From assembly GCA_902780865.1 (NCBI GenBank), contig CACZHC010000048.1:2890-66889 (forward strand): DNA of 64,000 nucleotides, written 5' to 3'. The notes below the pieces were generated by a model that worked only from the letters and a program-made list of their open reading frames with translations, made no database searches and was not told the origin of the DNA. Positions 37,527 through 47,273 of this stretch are shown here, in pieces. This stretch comes from an uncultured bacterium (GTDB lineage: Bacteria > Verrucomicrobiota > Kiritimatiellia > RFP12 > UBA1067). Each line of letters starts with the position of its first letter. Positions within the stretch are counted from its first letter, which is position 1. The translations under genes were made by a program, and so were the position numbers.

Positions 37527-38108
37527 CTACATCCCCGGCGCGTTGGTGGAAACATTGAGTATCGCGGCGTCAAGCTGAACGGCGATGTCGAATGCGGAAA
37601 GAGAATTGGTGTAGGTGGCAATATCGACAAATACATTGTTCCGCGTGAACTCAACACAACTAAACCCGTTCGACAGAGTCAAGCAATAACATCTGTCACC
37701 AGCAAGCCCATTCGTGACCGAATGCTGGCGAACCGATGTAAGATCAGCAAAATACTGCATAAGCTCTGTCTGCGCGGATAACACATTCGTCGCAAAATTC
37801 ATTTTGATTTCCATCAACTGGATTCTGTTGGATGGAGAAAAAATCAGAAGTCTCTTTTCCTGATATTCAGGATCGGACGTAATCTTTGCGAAGGTGCTCA
37901 TCCCATTTGTCGGCAAGGAAATTGTCGGTACATCCATCATAGGCACAGTCGAAACATAGATTGCGTTCGTCGTCCCCGCCCACGACGCAAAGTCATATCG
38001 CTCCATTGCGTCATCAAGGAACTCGTCACCGCTGCAGCACAGCGGAATAACGATAGGCAGCAGCGCAGCCGCGCCTACCCCAATCAACACTGGTAAACGA
38101 ATCTTCAT
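37527..38108 (-). CDS. Small exported/lipoprotein-like protein, paralog B (hypothetical)
   Basis: 193-aa ORF. Signal/lipobox-like MKIRLPVLIGVGAAALLPIVIPLCCSG. C-terminal FTRNNVFVDIAT...DIAVQLDAAILNVSTNAPGM. Confidence 0.7.
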   Translation of the reverse strand: MKIRLPVLIGVGAAALLPIVIPLCCSGDEFLDDAMERYDFASWAGTTNAIYVSTVPMMDVPTISLPTNGMSTFAKITSDPEYQEKRLLIFSPSNRIQLMEIKMNFATNVLSAQTELMQYFADLTSVRQHSVTNGLAGDRCYCLTLSNGFSCVEFTRNNVFVDIATYTNSLSAFDIAVQLDAAILNVSTNAPGM

Positions 38109-38172
38109 CTTAAGATCATCACCGTTCCTCTACATAACATTCCGCCAAGATTATGTTAACATGCATTTCATT

Positions 38173-39243
38173 TTATGGTGCCATGTCTCGACCAAACGAC
38201 TCGCATGCCCGCCAATCTTTCGAACGCGGGTAAAAAGGGTCATCACAAAGATTCTGTTTGTTCCATTCAAGATTGCGGTCAAGATTCTTGGGGTTGAGGT
38301 AATAAGTGAACCTGACAGATGCGACAGGCACATGCGGTGAGACAGTGGCCAAAAGTCGAATATCGCCATATATCTTTCCATAATAGGCCTCAACAACTTT
38401 CCCCTCCTCATCCCGTTGTGTGCGAATGCGAAAGCAGAAACAACGGTTCTTGTCATAACTCTCTCCCCATTTTAATGCCTTGCCAGGCCCATTCCAGCAT
38501 AGATATTCGCTTGTGTAGCCCTCTAAAGGAGCGCTCCTTATCTTCAATTTCGAGCTCGCGCTCGTCGCCACTTCCACCAAACCATTATCCGCACCGATAA
38601 ACCTAACCAGCATGGAATCTTTATAACTTCGCCCTTTTACTCCTGCCCCATTGAAATCCTCACCAAAATCCTCACGCGGCAGACGCTTAAACTCGACATC
38701 AGCAACTTCGCCCTTGCCAATGGGAGGCAGCCATTCACCCTTCATAAGATCGAAGTGCAGCACACCCTCCGACTTGGTAAAAAGATCTTCCGAACTCTCA
38801 TCATGCCCATACTGGCCAACTTTCTTTACGAACAAAGGGATCGGATGCACGATGCGCTGGACGCGAAGCGTGACTACGAGATTGTCCGGCTGCCAGACGC
38901 CGAAAATGTCCTTGTGCTTGAAGGTATAGCCACCACCGCATGAATTATCATAGTATCCATCTGGTGCATTTCGCACATAACACCCAGCCTCTCCGCGGTT
39001 GGTTTCGTTTGACAACCTACATCTTCCCGACTTGTCCGTTCGGTTAGAAGAAACATTAGGCCCAGAATAGCCCTTCCATGCTCGCCATCCATGATTAACC
39101 GAAAAACTGCCTATGACTTCGACATCATGCAGCGGCTCGCCTGTAATCTCGTCAAGGACAAGCGCCTCTATCTTCGCCGTGTCGGAGAATGCACATCCCG
39201 ACACTATGAATCCAACAATGCATACCATTACATTTAGTCTCAT
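38173..39243 (-). CDS. Lipoprotein (356 aa), hypothetical
   Basis: Lipobox MVCIVGFIVSGC. The stop/start is contiguous with the upstream 1282-aa gene. Confidence 0.7.
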   Translation of the reverse strand: MRLNVMVCIVGFIVSGCAFSDTAKIEALVLDEITGEPLHDVEVIGSFSVNHGWRAWKGYSGPNVSSNRTDKSGRCRLSNETNRGEAGCYVRNAPDGYYDNSCGGGYTFKHKDIFGVWQPDNLVVTLRVQRIVHPIPLFVKKVGQYGHDESSEDLFTKSEGVLHFDLMKGEWLPPIGKGEVADVEFKRLPREDFGEDFNGAGVKGRSYKDSMLVRFIGADNGLVEVATSASSKLKIRSAPLEGYTSEYLCWNGPGKALKWGESYDKNRCFCFRIRTQRDEEGKVVEAYYGKIYGDIRLLATVSPHVPVASVRFTYYLNPKNLDRNLEWNKQNLCDDPFYPRSKDWRACESFGRDMAP

Positions 39244-42200
39244 CAGCCACCTCCATTGTTTTCCTTGATCTTGTCAAACAGTCGGTATACAAATGGGTAT
39301 GCTAAATTCTTCCAGTCCGAGTGGTGCCAAAGCAACACATTATTGTCATTTTCATCTCGCCTGTCGACTGGCCACTTATCAGTGTTAGCCATACAATCGT
39401 CCATCAACGAAATCCCTGTTATTCCACTTCGAGACTTTAATCTATTCGCCCCTGCCGCAAAGCCCTCCGCCGGGATGGCATCGCCGAGGAATCGCGCTCG
39501 CAGCGTATAGCGATAGTCGGCATCGGCTACTGCGAATCGGTTTGTCGAGTACATTGCGTCCGACTCCGCCCTGAACGGAGTGAAGAGCGGATGGGTAATC
39601 ACGTCTTCGCGTACAAGTGAATTCACGTTAGTCTTAAAGCCGTCAAGGTAATAAGTTGGGTTAAGAGCATAGTACGAGTTGACACCCCATCCGCCCTCGC
39701 ATTCCACATCAAACCACGGCCATGCGTTTAGGCCATGCAAAAGCGAAGACCCTTTCAGCAACTCCTGGATCACCCAGACCGTCTGTCCCACGAGAGACTG
39801 GTTTGTATCGATGTTGCCTACCACATTTTCAGTATCCGAATAGCAGTTGACGGCATTTGTAATTCCCGAGAATCGGCCTTTCCAGGAGAGCGAACTGCGG
39901 AAGTCATCCGCCCCAAACAGTCCGTGCCAGTTTGCGGCGCGATATGCGTTTGTGACGTTGGCCCAGTCAGAGTCCACCATGGTCTCCGCGTATTCCAGCG
40001 CATCATATGCCTCCATCGATACAGCCGCGTTGAGCATATAGTACCTGGAATAGTCAAGAGCATGATCCTTTATCGCGGCGGACGTCAGAATGTTTCCGAG
40101 GGAATGTGCTATGAATACCCTGTTCGTTCCCGGAAGCTGCGCCGTCTCGGAGGCAAGAGCTCCCGCTGTCTGGAATGCGTGCAGCACGTTGGCATAGTAG
40201 TCCGGCGATGCGGTTCCGTCGAATATCCAGTTTGATAGAAGACCGTCCATCTGCTCCTCGTCGCCGTACCAGTCCACGACGGTGAACATAGAATCCAGCC
40301 CCGACTGCCACAGCCGCTTGAACATCTCAACGCCGGTGGACACCGCCTCGTCTGGATTGACGTTGAACCCGTGTACGAAGAAATAATGCCTGTCATCGCA
40401 TTCAGAATCTGGCCTGTTCTGCGGAATTCCCAAGGAATTTCCCCTCGTCCGAGCATCGCCGGCAACCGATCTGAGGCACAGCCACCTGAACATGTCCATC
40501 ACAGACGAGATACTCAGGTTGGCACTCGTCTGCAAAGCAGGGCTTCCAAAAGGACCACCCTGCGCCCTGAGGGTCATCCCGGAAATAGTGCCGCGACCCT
40601 CTATCAGAAAAACCCCCTTGTCCGGCGACGAAGCCATCAAGTCAAGGAATGGGCTTGGAAGCACGACTCCGTCCACGAGATCGACGACGTTGGCTTCGTA
40701 CGCATAGTCAGAAAAATAATATCCGCATTTTCTGCGATCCAACTTATGGAAAGATCCGGCCTCGTCGCGAGAATACGATGTCCAGACGGCGTTTACACAA
40801 TTGGCCTGAAGTTCCCAGCGAACAGCATTACGTACTGTCTGCGGAGCCCCAGGCGGAAACACTCCGCGCATGTCGATCCACACTGGCGTGAAGTCTTCCA
40901 AATCACGACGGCCGTTCACAACACTGTCAAGACAATTGCGCCCGAGCGCAAACGGCGAGTCGCTGTTGTAGTCCGCTCCAGTGCAGATGTCGCCAGAATC
41001 GAGATCGTCATTCACCCAGAACCGGAAGGTCTTCGTGCCCGCCCGTGCGATTGCAGCCTCGGCGTCGGTAATCGACCCGTCACGATCGTAGTCGAAGACG
41101 AGGACCGGATCACCGAGCACATAGAGCGTCGCAGAAAGACCGCCAGCGACATTGCCCGGCCTGGGATTGCCGTAGTAGTCGTAAGTACTCTCATGGACAT
41201 GCTCAGTCAATAGCCCGGCGGCGTTCTCCGCTATCCAACCATTGCCAACGACAACTTCGTTGCCGGAGCGCCGAGTGGCCGAGTAGTCCTGATAGCTTTG
41301 AGTCTGCGGCAACCCGTCGATCTTCGCCTGCCAGCAGTACCAAGGCGCATACTTGTCATTGTGCCCGTCGCAGTTGAGCCACCGCATCGTGAGGCGATAA
41401 GCATTGCCCTTTCGCATCTTTAGGGTTGTAGCATTAGCAGCGCTGGGCACCCCCATGCTGATTTTCCGGACGCGCATGTCGTCAGGGCCAAGACCTTCGA
41501 TCTTCATTTCCCATGCCGCGTAGTCGCCGTAGATGTTGAACTCGAGTTCCCTGAACTGCAGAGTTTCGGGCGGAAGGCCGCCGTCTGCTCCGTCGTTTGG
41601 ATCGGATTCCTGGCCAACCTCCGCCGCATCCGACACGCCGTCGTTGTCTGTGTCACCATCGGTGTCCGAAGGGTCCGTTCCGTTTAGGTATTCGCCAAGG
41701 TTCGAGAGCCCGTCTTCGTCAAAGTCGCCGGTAGCCCCGTTCGTACCGTCAGCAGAACGCGGATCAAGACCATTAGAATGCTCCCAGTCGTCCGGCAGTC
41801 CGTCTCGGTCGGTGTCGATGTAATGTGGCGACGTTCCAATTGACATTTCCGCGCCGTCCGGAAGCCCGTCGCCGTCGGTGTCGGAGCTGGCGGGATCCGT
41901 GTCGGTGCCAAGCCGCACAATGACCGTCTTGCCGCCCTCCACGAAGCCGGGGACCTTGTACGCGATGCGGTAAAGCCGACGCCCAAGCATCGACTGGACT
42001 CCAATTCCCGCGTTCCGCCCGTCGACCGCATCGCCGACGTTGTACCGGTACAGCATGAGCAGCTCGTCTGGGCGATGAGTGCGCACGACCACTTGGAACG
42101 AAACGGTATTCGTCTCGGCGCCGTCGCCTTCTCGCCCCATATTCTCATAGCTAATGCACACCGCCTGGCTGCCAGCGAACGCAACCATGCCGACTTTCAC

Positions 42201-43091
42201 CGACGACACGGGAGCATTAGTCCTGAAGAAGAGCCCGTCATCCGACATCGGTGCGGCCACGACCGCCTGAGGCTCGATCAGGGACGAGAAGTCTAACGCC
42301 CCCACATCCATCCCTGGGTTGTCGTACCCGGCGCGGTTGAAGAACACGGCGCCTTTTGACGAAACCGTCACATTGGACACCGTTGTGCCCTGCATGGTGA
42401 GCGGCATCGGAAGCTCCCAGCACGCGCATCCGCAGTGGCTGGTCGACAACGCATAAGCGATGTCGTCAAAGTCGCCATAGGCCGTATCTATCCACAACGG
42501 ACCGACCACGACAGTCGTCCGGCCCAGCTCCTCTCCATCGCCGAGTCCGTCGCCGTCCGTGTCGGCGGCGATGGGAGACGAGCCCATTGCAATCTCCTCA
42601 CCGTCCGGAAGCCCGTCGCCGTCCGTGTCGGAGCTGGTTGGATCCGTCCTGTATGCGAAGCGCTCGTCTGTGTCGGGAAGTCCGTCGCCGTCTGTGTCGG
42701 TAGCGTCGCCGACGGAGACGAACGCCTGCGCGTTTCCGTTCGTGCCAGAGACACATTCGTCGGCTATCGCGACAAATGCATTGCTGACGCACTGCGACAC
42801 GTCAAGCGTGAAGACCTTCGCAAGTCCAAGGAGATTTGTCCCGGCATAGACGTATACCAAGTCGTCGACGGGACGACGGCCGAATGGCCACGCGACGACG
42901 ACCGAAGTCTCGTTGCTTCCGCGCAAAACCGCCGCGGCCATTAGGTTCGTGGCAATGGGCATCGCGCCGAAGCCCTCGCTCTCGCCGACGTCGCAGGCGT
43001 CGGGAAGCCGCGTCGATGCGCCAGTCGCCCGGAGACTGGCTGTCCTGGCTGTCCGCCTCGCAAAGAACCGCCGCGGGAGAGTGGGGGTCAC
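39243..43091 (-). CDS. Large protein: TSP3-type Ca-binding repeats, central beta domains, C-terminal alpha/beta-hydrolase (lipase/esterase-like, GxSxG = AHSLG)
   Basis: DTDGDGLPDTDE, DTDGDGLGDGEE and DTDRDGLPDDWE repeats. C-terminal HYFFVHGFNVNPDEAV...NRVFIAHSLGNILTSAAI is a serine-hydrolase nucleophile-elbow pattern. The N-terminus is uncertain, as no signal peptide is present in this frame (see 42802..43299). Confidence 0.8.
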   Translation of the reverse strand: MTPTLPRRFFARRTARTASLRATGASTRLPDACDVGESEGFGAMPIATNLMAAAVLRGSNETSVVVAWPFGRRPVDDLVYVYAGTNLLGLAKVFTLDVSQCVSNAFVAIADECVSGTNGNAQAFVSVGDATDTDGDGLPDTDERFAYRTDPTSSDTDGDGLPDGEEIAMGSSPIAADTDGDGLGDGEELGRTTVVVGPLWIDTAYGDFDDIAYALSTSHCGCACWELPMPLTMQGTTVSNVTVSSKGAVFFNRAGYDNPGMDVGALDFSSLIEPQAVVAAPMSDDGLFFRTNAPVSSVKVGMVAFAGSQAVCISYENMGREGDGAETNTVSFQVVVRTHRPDELLMLYRYNVGDAVDGRNAGIGVQSMLGRRLYRIAYKVPGFVEGGKTVIVRLGTDTDPASSDTDGDGLPDGAEMSIGTSPHYIDTDRDGLPDDWEHSNGLDPRSADGTNGATGDFDEDGLSNLGEYLNGTDPSDTDGDTDNDGVSDAAEVGQESDPNDGADGGLPPETLQFRELEFNIYGDYAAWEMKIEGLGPDDMRVRKISMGVPSAANATTLKMRKGNAYRLTMRWLNCDGHNDKYAPWYCWQAKIDGLPQTQSYQDYSATRRSGNEVVVGNGWIAENAAGLLTEHVHESTYDYYGNPRPGNVAGGLSATLYVLGDPVLVFDYDRDGSITDAEAAIARAGTKTFRFWVNDDLDSGDICTGADYNSDSPFALGRNCLDSVVNGRRDLEDFTPVWIDMRGVFPPGAPQTVRNAVRWELQANCVNAVWTSYSRDEAGSFHKLDRRKCGYYFSDYAYEANVVDLVDGVVLPSPFLDLMASSPDKGVFLIEGRGTISGMTLRAQGGPFGSPALQTSANLSISSVMDMFRWLCLRSVAGDARTRGNSLGIPQNRPDSECDDRHYFFVHGFNVNPDEAVSTGVEMFKRLWQSGLDSMFTVVDWYGDEEQMDGLLSNWIFDGTASPDYYANVLHAFQTAGALASETAQLPGTNRVFIAHSLGNILTSAAIKDHALDYSRYYMLNAAVSMEAYDALEYAETMVDSDWANVTNAYRAANWHGLFGADDFRSSLSWKGRFSGITNAVNCYSDTENVVGNIDTNQSLVGQTVWVIQELLKGSSLLHGLNAWPWFDVECEGGWGVNSYYALNPTYYLDGFKTNVNSLVREDVITHPLFTPFRAESDAMYSTNRFAVADADYRYTLRARFLGDAIPAEGFAAGANRLKSRSGITGISLMDDCMANTDKWPVDRRDENDNNVLLWHHSDWKNLAYPFVYRLFDKIKENNGGG

Positions 43092-43299
43092 CGCCGCTTC
43101 TTGCCGGCTTGTCGGCGGCTATGTAGCACATCCACATGCACACGACGGTGAAAGTGAGAACCTTCGCAAGTCCATGCCTCGCCGTCTCGCACGAGACAAG
43201 CTTTATCGTGCCGATTACTGCAAGCGCAAGCAAAAGGATTCCGGCAATCGTCAGAATCCAACACGCCTCAGACATGCCGAATAGCGTCTCGGCAATCAT
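42802..43299 (-). CDS. Possible two-TM leader ORF, or the true membrane-anchored N-terminus of the 1282-aa protein separated by a frameshift
   Basis: The first 65 or so residues, MIAETLFGMSEACWILTIAGILLLALAVIGTIKLVS...VLTFTVVCMWMCYIAA, are hydrophobic and protein-like. The rest is R-rich text out of frame with 39243..43091. Confidence 0.3.
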   Translation of the reverse strand: MIAETLFGMSEACWILTIAGILLLALAVIGTIKLVSCETARHGLAKVLTFTVVCMWMCYIAADKPARSGGDPHSPAAVLCEADSQDSQSPGDWRIDAASRRLRRRRERGLRRDAHCHEPNGRGGFARKQRDFGRRRVAIRPSSRRRLGIRLCRDKSPWTCEGLHA

Positions 43300-43352
43300 G
43301 ATGCTGGTGTTTCGCTCCTGCTCACACAGGTATTATATCACAATCCCGCCGA

Positions 43353-44789
43353 CTAAAGCGGGAGCGCGATCCTGACCGTCGTTCCACGGCCAATCTCGCT
43401 CGAAATCGCAATCTTCCCGCCTAGCTCCGCCGTGCGGCGCTCCATGCCAGAAAGCCCGTAGTGCCCTTCCTTTCGCGCCGCGGCCGTGTCAAACCCAGAG
43501 CCGTCGTCCGCGACCGTCATCGCAAGCCCCTTCTCGCCGAACACGATCCTTACCTTGACATGCTTTGAATGACCACGGTCTATCGCATTGCCAACCGCCT
43601 CCTGCAGAATAAGGAGTATCGTGCCGGCGAAATTGTGCGCGATCTTGCGCTCTTCTCCCTCGCTCGATATGTCGACAATCCCCTCCCACTGGGGGAGGCG
43701 CCGCGCGACGAACTGGATAAGCTCGATAAGCGACTCCGGGCCCTCGCTTTCCTCGTTCATCGCCCAGAGCGTCGACCGAAGGCCCGACTGCGTGTGCTTC
43801 AGGGCGTCGTTCACCTTCTCGAGCTGCGCCCTCGATTCGTCGGCGCCCTCGGGCAGGTAGTTCATCGCCGCCTTGAGCCGGAACGTCGCTCCGGCGAGAT
43901 ACTGCTGGAAACCGTCGTGGAGATCAGCGGCGAGCCGCAGTCTTTCGCGCCGCGCGGCGTCGGCTTCAATCTTCACGCGCTCGCGCTGGCGCACCGACTC
44001 GGCGAGCTCCTGCGTGCGCCGCGCAACCATCCGCCGCAGCGTCAGCGTCCAGACGGAAAGCGCCGCGGCGAGGAAGCACACCCACATCAAGATGAAGAGA
44101 AGCCGCCCCACCGTCCAGAAAGGCGCGCGGCGAATGACCTCGACCGAGTCAGGCGTCGGAGGAATCAGCTCGACGTTCTCTATGCGGCCGAAGATCCCCT
44201 CTTCGTAGTTCTCGATGGAAGTCCAGGTAAGAACGCCCTTAACGCGCACGGTCGCGCCTTGCACGAGATCCGCGGGAAGCGCCTCTTCGAGCGCCCATGG
44301 AATCTCAACCTGGAGATTCGCGTCGCCTTCGCCAACCAAAAGCTGTGTCGTCGTCTGGCGGCGGTTTATGTCGCGAAGCAACCCCTCGGTCACGATCATT
44401 CCGCCATAGAGGTCTGTGTTGCCAAATGGCATGAGCCGCGAGAAGAGATCTGCGATGCCCGTTTCAAGCGGTGGCGGAATGGCGGCCATGGCATGGCCTT
44501 CGATGGTAATCGTCGCGTCGGCAACGCGGCGCTTCGTCGTCATTTCGCGCTCGCCGTCGACATGGACGATGTCGCCGATCTTCACCGTCGACGCGCCCTT
44601 CGCGCCTTGCACGCGCCAATGCGAACCCGCCGCGTCGTCGATAAAGAAGAACGACAGGTCGTCGCGCTGGAACGTCACCACGCCCGTAAGGTTGGTCGTC
44701 GCGGCATACGAGGCCCCCGCGACAAAAGCGGTAAAAGCAACAAGAACTATTCTCTTCATATTTTTCATAGGGTCAGACCCTTCTGACAC
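43353..44789 (-). CDS. Sensor histidine kinase, HisKA_3 (NarX/LiaS/DesK-type) plus HATPase_c; no adjacent response regulator
   Basis: Signal peptide, an extracytoplasmic domain, and a TM segment (LLFILMWVCFLAAALSVWTL). H-box LAADLHDGFQQYL. C-terminal GLSGMERRTAELGGKIAISSEIGRGTTV. Confidence 0.85.
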   Translation of the reverse strand: MSEGSDPMKNMKRIVLVAFTAFVAGASYAATTNLTGVVTFQRDDLSFFFIDDAAGSHWRVQGAKGASTVKIGDIVHVDGEREMTTKRRVADATITIEGHAMAAIPPPLETGIADLFSRLMPFGNTDLYGGMIVTEGLLRDINRRQTTTQLLVGEGDANLQVEIPWALEEALPADLVQGATVRVKGVLTWTSIENYEEGIFGRIENVELIPPTPDSVEVIRRAPFWTVGRLLFILMWVCFLAAALSVWTLTLRRMVARRTQELAESVRQRERVKIEADAARRERLRLAADLHDGFQQYLAGATFRLKAAMNYLPEGADESRAQLEKVNDALKHTQSGLRSTLWAMNEESEGPESLIELIQFVARRLPQWEGIVDISSEGEERKIAHNFAGTILLILQEAVGNAIDRGHSKHVKVRIVFGEKGLAMTVADDGSGFDTAAARKEGHYGLSGMERRTAELGGKIAISSEIGRGTTVRIALPL

Positions 44790-44826
44790 AGTACGAGTGA
44801 CACAGTAACGGTGGCAGGGGGGGGCA

Positions 44827-46117
44827 TCACATGTCTCCTATTGACAGAAGGCCTGTTTTGTAACGGAGATTGCGCTTGTCGGGGTTCTTGGCAAAGAATG
44901 CCTCGACTTTTTCGGCAAGACGGGTAGAACGCAAGCGTTTCGGCAATCTCGTCTTCGCTAACGATATCAATCTCGTTTTCGCCTTTCCTGTCCCACCACG
45001 AGCCGATTCGCGTGCAGCCCTTGTCCTCGACAATCTTCGCCGCGAAATAGCGTTCCAGCGCATAGCCGCTGAAAACGTCAAAGTCCCTTTCGGCAATGTC
45101 CCGCATCCGATCTCGACGGCCAAGCTCGTTTAGATAGTTCAACTTGTGCACGAATCGAAACCAGAATCGGAAGAAACAGTCGTCGATCTGGAAGTGGGCG
45201 TTCTTTGACGTCTGCTTCGCGAAGATTGGCTGTTTCTTTTCGACAATGGAATACTGGTCTTCCAACTTCGCGAGAAAGCCTCCGACTTCGGTGCCAAGAA
45301 GGTTTTTCAACTCCGCAGAAGTCGTCTGCCCCGAGGAAATCGCCGCAAGCAGCGTAAAATACGTCCCATAGTCAGAACCGAATTCGTCGGCAAGAATCGT
45401 CCTGCCCTCTGGAATGTATGCAGACAACGGCGAGAAGATCTCCTCAAGCATCTCCGCCTTAGTGAATGCGTGCGCCGACATCATCATGTCGACATACCGC
45501 GCAACGCCGCCGCTAACAGCCCAAAGCACAAGCAAATCGCTGTTCGTGTAGTCTGGTTTGTAAAAGCGGAATATCTCCTTTAGAAGCGAGGGACCAAAGG
45601 GCTTAAGCATCAAAGTTCCGGTATTGCGTCCGTACAGCGGTTGCGAATCGTCGAAGAATATCTTGTTCATGAGGCGATTTACGCTGCCGTTGACGACAAG
45701 ATTTAACTTCGTTTTGTTGTGGTATTCGTCCCAGATGTGCTGTATGTCGCCATAAACCCCTGGGTTCGTGCGGTCAAACTCCTGGAATTCATCGATGACA
45801 AGAGTGTAGGGGCGCCGCTCGGCCTCTTTCATCAATTCTTGGAAGAGTTCGCCAAATCTTGTGCATGTTCCGTGTATTTCAAGATGCAGGACCCTCTCTG
45901 CTTCTTCTTGAAGCTGGGCGCAAAGCGTGACTTCTGGTTGCCGTGTGATGGGCAAATTCAAGTATGGTGTCTTGCCATCGTCAAATGCCTCGCGGGAAAG
46001 TTCAGTCTTTCCAACTCGCCTCCGGCCAGTCAAGACCGTAAAACGCGATCTCTCTTGAGAAAGTTCGCGCACCTTTCTAAGTTCTTTCAATTCGACTTCA
46101 CGCCCAAAAAATCTCAT
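44827..46117 (-). pseudogene. AAA+/DUF234 ATPase copy 2, with frame-disrupting deletion near 44925-44945 (or assembly indel)
   Basis: MRFFGREVELKELRKV...VLTGRRRVGKTEL parallels copy 1 up to ..EDEIAETLAF. The conserved C-terminal AEKVEAFFAKNPDKRNLRYKTGLLSIGDM then continues in another frame (ORF 44827..45123). Confidence 0.65.
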
Positions 46118-46248
46118 AAAGCAACTCCTTCGGCACCCCCGTTACGAAATGTCTGTTTCGTTAACGGTCGTTTCGGTTGCAAATGGTATCATATTATTCA
46201 CCTACCCGTCAATAGGGATTTTAGACCCCCGCCCTTGCACCCACCTTT

Positions 46249-46303
46249 GGGGACAGACCCCACGATAGCCAATAAAATCAAGGGTTCGAAGGGGTCTATC
46301 CCC
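46249..46303. repeat. Hairpin repeat GGGGACAGACCC...GGGGTCTATCCCC, copy 2
   Basis: See 36841-36895. Confidence 0.8.
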
Positions 46304-46307
46304 AGAT

Positions 46308-47273
46308 TCACTTCCCCAGATACGCCTCTTCGAGCGAGCGGCCAGGGGTGACGGCGATGACGCCGAAGGGAACGAGGCGCGGCAGAAGCGCCGCGTTCAC
46401 AGTCTCCACCGCAAGCCCCTCTCCAAACTCGGCGACAAGCATCTTCTCACTTGGTAGGGGCGCGCTTGGTAGGGGCGGCACTCCGTGCCGTCCACGGGCG
46501 TCTTGGAAAGACGCCCCTACCGAGAACCTCACTCCCGGGCATTCTTGCTCAATCGCTGCGAGGTCGCTCGGCAACTCCTTTAGCGCGTAGACGATCCGTC
46601 CGCTGTCGGACGTAATCGCGCGCAGCGTCTCCATTCGCTCCACTTTTCCGTCTGCGACGAACGCGACGTGCGTGCAAAGCTTTTCGATGTCGTCGAGCTG
46701 GTGCGAAGAGACGACAAGCGTCGTTTTGCCCCTGAGCGAAAGAAGGAACGAGCGAAGACGCTCGGCCTCGACCGGATCGAGCCCGCTCAGCGGCTCGTCG
46801 AGCATCACGACTTCCGGGTGGCCGAGAAACGCCTGCGCTACCATGACGCGCTTTCGCATTCCGTGCGAGAGCGAGCGAATGGACGCGTTTGCCTTGTCCG
46901 CCAGGTTCATGACTTCGATGAGTTCGTCGGCCGACTTCGCGGCATCCTTCTTTGTCATCCCCTGAAGACGCGCGTAGCCGATGAGGAGCGACCGGACGCG
47001 TCCCTCGTTCGGGAGATCGGAGTCCTGCGGAAGAATCGTGAACCGCCCGCCGTGGCGACGAGCGTCAAACGGACCGCTGCCGAGGATGCTCACTTCGCCT
47101 GCGTCGGGAATAACGAAGCCGGCGACCGTCATCATCCATGTCGTCTTGCCCGCGCCGTTTCGCCCGACGAGTCCCGTGATTGACCCCGAGGGAACGGCGA
47201 GCGTGAAGCCGTTGAGCGCCGCGTGGCGGCCGTACTTCTTTACGAGAGCGCGGGTGATTATCGCTTCGTTCAT
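46308..47273 (-). CDS. ABC transporter ATP-binding protein (ABC-2 type) carrying a 69-nt repeat insertion near the C-terminus
   Basis: True start MNEAIITRALVKKYG, with the ATG at 47273 overlapping the permease stop as ATGA. Walker A GRNGAGKTT, signature LSHGMRKRV, Walker B VVMLDEP. Confidence 0.9.
   Translation of the reverse strand: MNEAIITRALVKKYGRHAALNGFTLAVPSGSITGLVGRNGAGKTTWMMTVAGFVIPDAGEVSILGSGPFDARRHGGRFTILPQDSDLPNEGRVRSLLIGYARLQGMTKKDAAKSADELIEVMNLADKANASIRSLSHGMRKRVMVAQAFLGHPEVVMLDEPLSGLDPVEAERLRSFLLSLRGKTTLVVSSHQLDDIEKLCTHVAFVADGKVERMETLRAITSDSGRIVYALKELPSDLAAIEQECPGVRFSVGASFQDARGRHGVPPLPSAPLPSEKMLVAEFGEGLAVETVNAALLPRLVPFGVIAVTPGRSLEEAYLGK
46453..46521. repeat. GGTAGGGGCG...CGCCCCTACC element (69 nt, 23 codons) inside the ABC ATPase CDS
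   Basis: ggtaggggcgcgcttggtaggggcggcactccgtgccgtccacgggcgtcttggaaagacgcccctacc. It is translated as VGASFQDARGRHGVPPLPSAPLP. Confidence 0.85.

Noticed and set aside
43569-44786. Plus-strand 405-aa ORF
   Set aside because: It is antisense to the histidine kinase, which has an unambiguous H-box and ATPase motifs.
46249-46303. tRNA-like GGGTTCGAAGG motif
   Set aside because: It lies in the loop of a long hairpin repeat that also occurs at 36841-36895. There is no acceptor, D or anticodon arm architecture.
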